This document shows positions 49,181-64,000 of a stretch of DNA of 64,000 nt, in pieces; the stretch's first letter is position 1; every line of letters begins with the position of its first letter. The translations under genes and the position numbers were made by a program. The stretch is from assembly GCF_009914755.1 (NCBI RefSeq), contig NC_060925.1, one strand, 5' to 3'. The notes beneath the pieces were generated by a model, which was not told the origin of the DNA, made no database searches, and saw only the letters and a program-made list of their open reading frames with translations. The DNA is from the human T2T-CHM13v2.0 reference genome, Homo sapiens.

Positions 49181-51854
49181 AACCGTTTGTTTCTGGAGAT
49201 GTTAGTTGTTAGATTACTCCCAAGGTAAATACCACTCATTTGTGACACCATAGAGATAACCACTATTAACTAAGATCAGTGGAGAAGCAAAATTTTTTTT
49301 GGCAGGGTCAAGTTACAAAGATTTTTTTATCTCTATAATAGTAACTAAAATAAAAATGTAACTTTTCTTTATCTTCTAAACTTGAAGATTTGGCCAATGA
49401 TTATGACAGTCTTATTGAAGAAATCCCTCAATAAGAGGGAAAGCTTTGTGCACTACTTCAATAAAATGGAAGCTTTGTGTACTACTTAAAGATTCTTTCT
49501 GGACATTTTCAGAAGTAGACTTAAATGATTATTTTAGTTATAATTTATTTCTAACACTTTTGCAATCACTTTCTGCTTTTCTCAATTGCTTGAGATTTTT
49601 TTCTTTTGATCTAGAAATGTAGCAATGAAGCTATATCACTGGGTTTCAAGATAACTGAATTACCTCTGCCTTTTCCTCTCTACCTGTTTTCTTTGCAGGC
49701 AGGTAATGTTAAAATCATCAATGCAATTGAGCAATAGGACGTTCTTTACTGCAGCATTCATGAAAGAAACACTGAATGCTCAGGGCATTTTGATTGATTA
49801 CTTTGCAGCAGGTTTCAGTAAACTACTTTCTTTTAGCAATTATTGTTTTTGCTAAGTTCTACTATCTACTCTTGCCACCTACAAATTATGAGGTTCAGGC
49901 TATTTGTTGTTGTCATTGTTGGAACCGTTTTTTAACTTGAACTAGCTATGATTTCATCTTCTCTAAACATTGTTTATATTACAAGATGCTTATAAACTCA
50001 ATTGACTGATGATAGTGGCTGTTTTTCTGGGTCAGCCTGTGATTCTGCTATATTGTGCTATGCTGTAATTTCTTTTGAACCCTCTGTTGAAAGGTGTGAA
50101 TAAATGTCTTATGCTTGTGATTCTTAATTTGCCTCATCTTGATAGTTCCATTGACAACAACAATTGTATGACATTTTTCCAATCTATCACTATTTCTTCA
50201 ATTAGGTTTACTATGCTGTTAGCTGTGTGAGACCCAAAAATCTCCTGGCAGAAGAATAAAGCAATAACATAGCACAAACCATCTTTAATCTACCATTCTA
50301 TCAGAAGTTAGAAAAGACTTGTGCTTCCTTTTGCAAACTGTCTAAAGCAGTGTGAACAGTTATTATGAAAGGCACTACTCCTTTACCATGTAACTGGATT
50401 TTTGTTTGGCTAATATGTCAGACTTTCTTGGACATTAAAGACATATTAAATACCAAACATATGTATTATTATTCCTAAAAACATTTAAAAATACTGTAGT
50501 ATGTGTTGATTTACTTCATTATTATATTAAATTCTAATCTTTCTCAGGATTGAAAGGCACTTTCATTATGATGAGGAATGATTTTTCTATCTTAAGCAAG
50601 CAGAGGTCTCATTCAAGCAGAGGTTAAGAATCCAAGAGAAGAATATGAGATATGGGGTTTTAAATATCTAAGATAATTCTGTTGGTGCCACAGATGATCA
50701 ATAACACACTTTCAGATGTTTTACCATCTTGGGAGATTTGCAATTACTGAATGGAAATATATGAGGCCAAGTTGCAGTTTATTTTTTAGGCAGACCAGTA
50801 CATAGAACCTCTGTAGTACTACATCATGTAAGATGATGCTGCCAGAGGTGCTGATGGCCTGTTGAGCCTACTTTATGGTTCCTACGTCAACAAAGACTAA
50901 ATGTGTATCCCTTGTTGGGATAGATGTCACATCTTTTATCCCTATGTTTAATGTACCCTTCTCTCTAGTTCTTCCGCAAACATATTCAAAGTTTTTCACC
51001 CAATTGAGGTGGATAGAATTATAAAAACCACCATTCAGACTGCTTTCAATGAATTTATTTCTTTAATGCATATTTGAATTTTCACTTCTCATCATCTCGA
51101 TCAGCTCTAGTCACAATTCTAAATATGTGTTGGTGCCTTTACCAGTTAGCTCTGGTAATAACTCTAGTAGCATTCCATTGAATTATGAATTCTTCTAGTA
51201 CTTTACCTGGCTCTCCAGCTACAACTTGAAAGATAAAAACCTTATAAATCAATAAAATATAAATTTCAGGCAAGAGAATCTTGCAAATAATAACATATTC
51301 GATTCTTTTGCAAATGCAAAATCTGTCTTCTAGGAGGGTCATACAGATTCTTATGGTAATTCATGTAAGATCAATACTCTTTTTAGTCCATCTATTTCCC
51401 TCAGTAAAAGAAGGATATTGATGCCGGGGAGCTCTAGTTAATTTAACAAAAGACGGTTCCCTGAAAACCAATTTTTTAAATGGCTAATTCACAGAAATGC
51501 TAATTCACCAGCCTGACTTGTCTTTTCGAAATGATTTATGATGCTTATAGTACTTTGTAACAACTTTTGAAACAACGTCATCTTTTGTGAAGATTTTACG
51601 ATCGATTTTCATTTTGTATTCATAGCAGCATGCTGAAGAATGTTCAATTTGTCTCTGGCAAGGTCCCTGCTGCTGTAGCTGAAGGGAGACAGTTACTAAG
51701 ACAGGGATCCCCTACGGGGAAAAGACTGGGAAGAGAGCCAGTACACAGCTCAGACTGGGCTGTCAATCCAGAGATGGGGTGGCTGAGGGAGAGACCATAG
51801 GGCAGGGAAAGGAGGAGACAGAAGGACTATTGTTGAACATATCTTTGAATATAT

Positions 51855-52020
51855 CTTTTTCTCCTATTTCAGCTTTATTGAGGTATAATTGACATATAAT
51901 AAGATGTACACATTTAAAATGTTCAATTTGAAATGTTTCAATCATGTATACAGCCAGCAACCCATCACTGCAATCAAGATCATGAGCATATCCAGCGTTC
52001 CCCAGAGTTTCCTTGTACCC
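51855..52020 (-). mobile_element. L1M 3' end fragment
   Basis: agctttattgaggtataattgacatataataa..atcaagat. Confidence 0.75.
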
Positions 52021-52034
52021 ACATTACATAAACA

Positions 52035-52370
52035 GACAGTGCTAGACTCGACAATGCTTTGACTATTTTTCAACTTTACAATGGTGCAGAAGCGTTACTC
52101 ACAGAAACTATACTTGAGTACCCATATTACTATTCTGTTTTTCACTTTCAGTGTAGTATTCAATAAATTACATGCAATATTTAACATTTTATTATAAAAT
52201 ATGCTTTGTGTTATAAGGTTTTGCCCAACTGTAGGGTAATATAAATGTTTTGAGCACATTTAAGGTAGGCTAGGCTAAGATATGATGTTCAGAAGGTTAG
52301 GTATATTAAATGCAGTTTTGACTTACAATATTTTCAACTTAACAATGGGTTTACTGGGATATAACACCTA
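52035..52370. mobile_element. Tigger4/MER46-like DNA transposon
   Basis: taaggtaggctaggctaag..ttttgacttacaatattttcaactt..atgggtttactgggatataac. Confidence 0.75.
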
Positions 52371-52374
52371 AAAG

Positions 52375-52620
52375 ATGGCATAGTGCAATGACAAAGGGAT
52401 GGGCTTTGGAGCCAGGTTGATGAGAGAGTGCTTGTACCAGCAGGGGCACCACCAGTAGTGCAGGTTCTTTCCCTATTTTGGTCTCACTTGCCGACTGTGT
52501 CACCTTAGGCAAGTTTCTTAACTTCTGATGTTCAGTTTCTCCATTTTAAAATGAGAACTGTAATAGCTAATCACAAAGTTATTGTGAATACTAATGGAGA
52601 TGACAAAGTGCACCTATTAC
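52375..52620 (+). mobile_element. MIR (interrupted)
   Basis: ctgtgtcaccttaggcaagtttcttaac..tcagtttctccattttaaaatg. Confidence 0.65.
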
Positions 52621-52750
52621 ATTAAACAAACTTGCCTTGTGAGATACAAAATCACAAAATAGCCTTTTTCCCTTTGTTTCCTCCTGTTCATTTAATTTTA
52701 GTCAATAAGGCTTTTCCCTTGCATCTTCATGAAAACTTGAGCAAATCGCA

Positions 52751-53244
52751 TGTATTAGTTTACTATTGCTGCTTTAAAAACTTACCAAACATATGGTGGC
52801 TTAAAACCACACATATATACTATCTTACAGTTCTGGAGGTCAGAAGTCCTAAAACAGGTCTGCAGGGGTGTGTTCCTTTTGGATGTTCTAGGAGAAAATC
52901 TGTTTTCTTGCCCTTTTCTAGAGTCTAGAGGCTGCATAAATTCCTTGGCTTGTGGTCCCATCCTCCATCTTCAAATCCAGCAGCATAGCATCTTTCCACC
53001 TCTTGCTGTCCCTCTTCTTCTGCAATCACATTGCCTTTTGTGTCTATGACCCTCCTACATAACTTTCATAAGGACCCCAGCAATTATATTGGGCCATGCT
53101 TGTTAATCCAGGATAATTTCTCCAAGTCAAAATTCTTGACTACATTGTATCTACAAAGTCTCTTTTGCCATTCAAGTAACATATTCACAGGTTCCAAGGA
53201 TTAAGATGTGGACATCTTTAGGAGGCCATTATTCAGCCTTCCAG
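52751..53244 (-). mobile_element. MLT1D/E-like MaLR LTR
   Basis: tgtattagttt..ggcttaaaaccacac..ttctggaggtcagaagtcc..ggattaagatgtggacatc. Confidence 0.85.
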
Positions 53245-54197
53245 ATCTCATTACTTCTCTCATCACTCGTAGGTAGTACATATGCTACATCCTTTAGAAT
53301 CACAAATACAGTTTCAATTCAGGAATTAAAATTGTAGAAATTTATTTAAACTTGATGCTTCTACCCTCCTGCCTCTAGGTCCTCTTTGAGCAGGAAGTAA
53401 GCAGTCAGTTCCTGAAGGCAGGTACAATTGGCTGGTTTTCTTTCCTCATGTAGCTAGCCTTCTTCTCCAACTAGTGCTTCTGGTTTCCCCAGGGTTAGAG
53501 CAGAGGGAAGAAGGCAGAGGTGAGAGGATTAGGAATTATGATGTGGCCCCAAGTTGGTACTCTGGGGACCTGATTCTTCCTTACCTGGATGCTTTTGGAA
53601 ATTCTTTGATGACCCCACCCTCGGCTATCACTAGGGTTCCCTCACCTAAAGTTTGTCTGGCATGTATTATTATTTGCCTTCTTGCATAATATCCAGGTAT
53701 CCAGTAATCTACCTCCAGCTTCCCTCCTGCTGAGGTCTAATGTTCTCTCCAAGCAGTCCTCTCCAATCATCTGGTTCACAGAAAATGCACAATTCTTTCC
53801 TCTTGACTCTAGGAGTGTAGTCGATTCTCATGCTAGAGCCCTCTATTCAGTTTCAGCCAGCTTTTTTTTTATTTATACTCCTCAGATGTGGCTCAAACAC
53901 CAAACCATTATATCTATCCCCCTAAGTTCCAAGGACTTCTGTTAAGATCTCACATTGGTCTCTTAAAAACCCCTCTCTTCAGATCTGGGCTTAGGAAGTG
54001 GTACCTTCACCTATCTCTCCTGTGGAGGAGTGGGATGGGAGACACATAGCACAGCTCTCTCCAAATAAATTTTCTTCAAATATATACCTCTTGACTTTTT
54101 ATGTCCCTCATGCAAGTGCGTGAGTTCTGTATGAGATTTTGATCATTTCCTTTGAAAGTTGTGCAAATTTATGGAATCAGTTTTTTCTTGATGTTTC

Positions 54198-54570
54198 TGA
54201 TGGTTAACTTTTTGTGTCAACTTGACAGGATGCCCAGATTCAACATTATTTCTGGGTGTGTTTATAAGGATGTTTCTGGATGAGATCAGCATTTCAATTG
54301 GTGGACTAAGCAAAGCAGATGGCCCTTCTTAATATGCTGGGCATCATTTAATTCTTTGAGGGCCCGAATAAAACAAAAAGTCAGAGGAAAGGAGAATTTG
54401 TTCTTTTTCCAACTGCTGAGCTAGGACATCAGTATTCTCCTGCCCTTGACTGAGACTTACACTATTGGGCCTCTGGTTCTCTGAGCTACACCACTGGCTT
54501 TTCTGGGTCTGTAGCTTGCAGACAGCACATTTTGGGATTTCTCAGCCTCCATAATTGCAAGAGTCAATAA
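54198..54570 (+). mobile_element. MLT2 (ERVL) LTR
   Basis: tgatggttaactttttgtgtcaacttgac..attatttctgggtgtg..ctcagcctccataattgc. Confidence 0.85.
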
Positions 54571-55634
54571 ATGTTCATTTTTTTTATGAAATCTGGTACA
54601 AAAACAGAATTAAAGATAAATAACTTAGTCAAATGTTTTGAGATTTTTCCTGATGGAAAGCCTGAAGAAGGTATAAAGCACTATTCTTAGAAAAATTTTT
54701 CATCTTATTTTTTAAACTTTGGGCAGCTGGCAGTCATCTTACATACAGTACTGACACATCCTGATGTGCTGTTCTCTGGGACCAATTTTGATGACAGGAA
54801 AACACAATATGACATTATCCATAGCTGTAAAATTCCACTTTTGTCCAGGCAATTTGCACACCAAACTGACCATCTTGGCTCCTCTGTGCCTTTTAATATT
54901 TTAGAAGGACAATAGGTAAACTGAATTTGGGAGTTGTATCATTGATGTCACTATCCTGGAAACTTAACCTGTCCGTGCAGTTATGGTATGCCTGATTTAA
55001 TTGAACCCAGAAGTGTAAATTACATTACTTCACAGGCATTCTGTGATGAACAATCACAAAGCCATGGGTGCTTGAATGGTTGATCTAAGTTTACTGGTGA
55101 GATGGCTGACACATGGTTTAAGGTCTGGTTATTTCACTCGCCTGATGCCGGAATGAGATGGATTAACCAGGGCTCTGTTAGATCCTTCTGGAATGTTAAC
55201 ACCTTAGTTTTCTTGGCATCCAAGAATAATTGGACCCTATGGACCTCTGTTTCTATCAAAGCTGCCAACACTTACCTCCCAGCTATTCTTGCCTCCATAC
55301 CAAATAGGAAAAATAAAAGATAAGACTGAATAATCAACCAACTAAGCTTCCCCTACATGGGGATTATTTCCCTACATGTGTTGATGAAATTTCTTCTACA
55401 GAAACCCAGTAGTTTTTTACCAAGATTTTAGCAAAACTTTAGCCTTGGAATCGTAATTTGCATGTGCATATGATTTGGGAAACTTACCAGTGGAGAGACT
55501 GCCTCTTGGTTCTGTGCAAAACCCGTGAGATAGAGGAATAAGCAGCAAAAGCTGAAAAGAGTTGGGAGAGGGACTTATAGGTGAAAAAGTTGGAGACTGA
55601 GGGGAGAAGTGTGACAGGAGACACTAGCAAAATC

Positions 55635-55701
55635 TTTGTATTTAGTAGAGATGGGGTTTCACCATGTTGGTTAGGATGGTCTCGAACTCCCAACCTCAGG
55701 T
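55635..55701 (-). repeat. Isolated 67-bp Alu internal fragment, near-identical to 48054-48120
   Basis: 66/67 identity, including shared non-consensus bases. Confidence 0.85.
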
Positions 55702-56836
55702 TACTCAGGTAACAGTCACTCATCTGCCAAACCCTTGCAAACATGGCTATTGTTTGTGTGTTTGGGTTGTTGAGGCAGAAACAAGGCCCAGTCCCTTTTA
55801 CAGAGCCACTGGTGGGCAAACTTTTCTCACCCCATTCCCTCCCCGTCTTCCCCACCTCCAAAACTGTGAGACTGCCTGTACTCATAAATGCTGCCCAGGA
55901 GGCAGACTTTTCTTTTCCACATTTGCCCCCCAAAGAACCTTGGAAATGCCCTGCGTGCCCTTACTCTCACAGGCTTTGGGAATGCAGCAGTGAATAAAAC
56001 AGACCAAGAGGCCTTTTTCTTGTAGAGATTACCATTCAGACAGAGAGACAAAATAGTTTCTATAGTGTGTTTGAAAGTGCTACAGAAAGTGTTCTATAAG
56101 TGCTATAGAGAAAAATGAAATAGAAAAGAGGAATAGGGTGGAGGGATGGGAGGTGAGAGTGTTTAGGGAAGGCCACATTGAAAGGGAGACATATTTCAGC
56201 AGACGTAAAGGAGGCAAGGAAAAAAGGCATGAGGATATGTTCAAGAGGAATGTTCCAAGCTCCTTAATATTATCTAGTGACCCAGCTATCTTCTTACATA
56301 ATTTAGCAATTGACTTCATTTTCTTCTCCATTCTATCTTCTATGAACACTCCTATAAATTAACATCCATGCTAAAGATTATTTTCTTACATTAAGTGGTT
56401 AGATGTGGAATAACAAAATTAAGGAGGATATACATCTTCAGGTCTTTTGAAATATATTTCCTGGCTGGGCACAGAGGCTCATTCCTGTAATCCCAACACA
56501 ACACCTTGGGAGGCCAAGGCAGGCAGATTACTTGAGGTCAGGAGTTTGAGACCAGCCTGGCCAACATGATGAAACCCCGTCTCTACTAAAAATACAAAAA
56601 TCAGGACAGGAGCCAAGATGGCCGAATAGGAACAGCTCCGGTCTACAGCTCCCAGCGTGAGCGATGCAGAAGACGGTGATTTCTGCATTTCCATCTGAGG
56701 TACCAGGTTCATCTCACTAGGGAGTGCCAAACAGTGGGCGCAGGTCAGTGGGTGCGTGCACTGTGCGCGAGCTGAAGCAGGGCAAGGCATTGCCTCACTT
56801 GGGAAGTGCAAGGGGTCAGGGAGTTCCCTTTCTGAG

Positions 56837-57052
56837 TCAAAGAAAGGGGTGACGGACGCACCTGGAAAATCGGGTCACTCCCACCCGAATACTGCGCTTT
56901 TCCAACCGGCTTAAAAAACGGCGCACCACGAGATTATATCCTGCACCTGGCTCAGAGGGTCCTACGCCCACGGAGTCTCCCTGATTGCTAGCACAGCAGT
57001 CTGAGATCAAACTGCAAGGTGGCAGCGAGGCTGGGGGAGGGGCACCCGCCAT
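56837..57052 (-). CDS. ORF0: L1 antisense ORF0 (71 aa, open)
   Basis: MAGAPPPASLPPCSLISDCCASNQ...RCVRHPFL within ORF 56837..57121; ATG at 57052. Confidence 0.7.
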   Translation of the reverse strand: MAGAPPPASLPPCSLISDCCASNQGDSVGVGPSEPGAGYNLVVRRFLSRLEKRSIRVGVTRFSRCVRHPFL

Positions 57053-57511
57053 TGCCCAGGCTTGCTTAGGTAAACAAAGCAGCCAGGAAGCTCGAACTGG
57101 GTGGAGCCCACAACAGCTCAAGGAGGCCTGCCTGCCTCTGTAGGCTCCACCTCTGGGGGCAGGGCACAGACAAACGAAAAGACAGCAGTAACCTCTGCAG
57201 ACTTAAATGTCCCTGTCTGACAGCTTTGAAGAGAGCAGTGGTTCTCCCAGCATGCAGCTGGAGATCTGAGAACGGGCAGACTGCCTCCTCAAGTGGGTCC
57301 CTGACCCCTGACCCCCGAGCAGCCTAACTGGGAGGCACCCCCCAGCAGGGGCACACTGACACCTCACCCTGTTGGCAGGGTATTCCAACAGACCTGCAGC
57401 TGAGGGTCCTGTCTGTTAGAAGGAAAACTAACAAACAGAAAGGACATCCACACCAAAAACCCATCTGTACATCACCATCATCAAAGACCAAAAGTAGATA
57501 AAACCACAAAG

Positions 57512-58528
57512 ATGGGGAAAAAACAGAACAGAAAAACTGGAAACTCTAAAAAGCAGAGCACCTCTCCTCCTCCAAAGGAACGCAGTTCCTCACCAGCAAC
57601 AGAACAAAGCTGGATGGAAAATGACTTTGACGAGTTGAGAGAAGAAGGCTTCAGACGATCAAATTACTCTGAGCTACGGGAGGACATTCAAACCAAAGGC
57701 AAAGAAGTTGAAAACTTTGAAAAAAATTTAGAAGAATGTATAACTAGAATAACCAATACAGAGAAGTGCTTAAAGGAGCTGATAGAGCTGAAAACCAAGG
57801 CTTGAGAACTACATGAAGAATGCAGAAGCCTCAGGAGCCGATGCGATCAACTGGAAGAAAGGGTATCAGCGATGGAAGATGAAATGAATGAAATGAAGCG
57901 AGAAGGGAAGTTTAGAGAAAAAAGAATAAAAAAAAATGAGCAAAGCCTCCAAGAAATATGGGACTATGTGAAAAGACCAAATCTACGTCTGATTGGTGTA
58001 CCTGAAAGTGATGGGGAGAATGGAACCAAGTTGGAAAACACTCTGCAGGATATTATCCAGGAGAACTTCCCCAATCTAGCAAGGCAGGCCAATGTTCAGA
58101 TTCAGGAAATACAGAGAACGCAACAAAGATACTCCTTGAGAAGAGCAACTCCAAGACACATAATTGTCAGATTCACCAAAGTTGAAATGAAGGAAAAAAT
58201 GTTAAGGGCAGCCAGAGAGAAAGGTCGGGTTACCCACAAAGGGAAGCCCATCAGACTAACAGCGGATCTCTGGGCAGAAACCCTACAAGCCAGAAGAGAG
58301 TGGGGGCCAATATTCAACATTCTTAAAGAAAAGAATTTTCAACCCAGAATTTCATATCCAGCCAAACTAAGCTTCATAAGTGAAGGAGAAATAAAATACT
58401 TTACAGTCAAGCAAATGCTGAGAGATTTTGTCACCACCAGGCCTGCCCTAAAAGAGCTCCTGAAGGAAGCGCTAAACATGGAAAGGAACAACCGGTACCA
58501 GCCACTGCAAAATCATGCCAAAATGTAA
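57512..58528 (+). pseudogene. L1 ORF1p with a single premature stop
   Basis: MGKKQNRKTG...NHAKM; one TGA at 57803-57805 (CGA>TGA), frame otherwise continuous. Confidence 0.93.
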
Positions 58529-58591
58529 AGACCGTCAAGACTAGGAAGAAACTGCATCAACTAATGAGCAAAATAACCAGCTAACATCATA

Positions 58592-62417
<3,826 letters not shown>

Positions 62418-62675
62418 ACAATGAGATCACATGGACACAAGAAGGGGAATATCACACTCTGGGGACTGTTTTGGGGTGGGGGGAGGGGGGAGGGATAGCA
62501 TTGGGAGATATACCTAATGCTAGATGACAAGGTAGTGGGTGCAGCGCACCAGCATGGCACATGTATACATATGTAACTAACCTGCACAATGTGCACATGT
62601 ACCCTAAAACTTAAAGTATAATTAAAAAAAAATACAAAAATCAGCCAGGTGTGGTGGTACCTGTAATCCCAGCTA

Positions 62676-62880
<205 letters not shown>

Positions 62881-63703
62881 CTCCCAATTTATTTCCTATT
62901 TCTATCCAAGATGGTTGATACCATTTCCTCTAGCAGGGTATATGAGTGCCTTGTTTCTCACGTTGTATTGATACTGGCAAATTCTTCTGGCTCTTGACTT
63001 TAGGAGCTCCCACACGTGCTATATATGTGCTCTGTTCCTTTTGTTGTGACAGCTCAGGAACTAATATTAGCCTTTGCTTTCCATACTCATTCCTTTGTTT
63101 TTGATTAATGTATGAAGCTTTGGCATCCTGTTCATATTTTATTTTTGTTTTGGATCACCAGTCCACCCCGGTCCCATTTAATCACTCTTATCTCAACCCT
63201 GCACACTTATCATGACTAGCTTGCACCTCATGGCCAAGACAAAGTCGAATTAAGATTCTGGAGAGATTATCATACATAATGAGACCCTGGAGAACAAGGC
63301 AAGAGAGACACACTTCCCAGGACTGGTTCATATCCGGGATTAGCTGCAGAGATGAATGAATGGTTAGAAAGGATTCAGAGTTTCTTAAATTTCCCTAAGG
63401 TCAAAATTGGCCCCAGAGCTTAGAGAGGGCTTGAATCTGTTAGAGATTCAAAGAAGGAGCAATTTTCTCTATCTGTAGAGATAAGGGGCAAACATTTGGA
63501 AACTCCAGATTCCTTAGGTTTCTTTTCTTACCCTCTCCTCCTCCTCTTCTCTCTCTAAAATCTCATCACCGGTGACGTTTTCTACTCCTAACATTTCTAA
63601 AAGCAATGTGTAAAAATTACCCTTAAATTGTTATCTCTAGCCCTGACCTGTTTCCAAACCCCAGCCTGATTTAATTGCTCGATGAATATTTTCATCAGGA
63701 AAT

Positions 63704-63749
63704 ACACACACACACACACACAGACACACACACACACACACACACACAG
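63704..63749. repeat. (CA)n microsatellite
   Basis: Long CA run with one GA interruption. Confidence 0.92.
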
Positions 63750-64000
63750 AGGAGAGTGAGAGATCTCAAAACTTTCAATTTCAGCATGCATAAAAGTGAC
63801 ATTTTTGCTTTGTTCCCTTTGCTTTTCTCCACAGTGAAAAAAATGGAAAAGCATTCAGAGATAAGCCAGCATAGTTCCTTCCCTAAGGAGCTCACAGGTT
63901 GGTGGGGACAAGAGACCAGTACATAAAGACTCCAGCACAGAGTGGCAAATGTTCTGATAGAGCAGGGTCATGGGACCATATTGAAGGAGGTGCTTGTGAT

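Noticed and set aside
55484-55997. 149-aa and 109-aa ORFs
   Set aside because: They span the Alu fragment and other low-information sequence, with no protein family features

Overview
This is human or closely related primate intergenic/intronic DNA, dominated by transposable elements. I can support no cellular protein-coding exon; the long ORFs are decayed HERV and LINE-1 frames. Bases ~740-16.9k are one full-length old L1 (L1PB-type, degenerate TSD) into which a near-complete HERV9/LTR12F-type provirus and a complete THE1 (MaLR) element inserted. After that come a long L2 interrupted by an MLT1 (itself interrupted by an ERV1 solo LTR), then Alus, MIRs, CR1/L3 and DNA-transposon fossils. The window also holds a young L1HS pre-Ta insertion, a tailless 5S rRNA retropseudogene with a perfect TSD, and a full-length L1PA2/3 (intact antisense ORF0) inserted in an Alu linker. 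I found no new multi-gene biological system. The most notable signals are mutational footprints: a 67-bp locally templated Alu copy 7.5 kb from its donor, a tRNA-Pro PBS on a HERV9-type provirus, a deletion across the L1/LTR junction, and an integrase-env deletion fusion. Repeat subfamily names are recognised from memory and were not run through RepeatMasker or Dfam.
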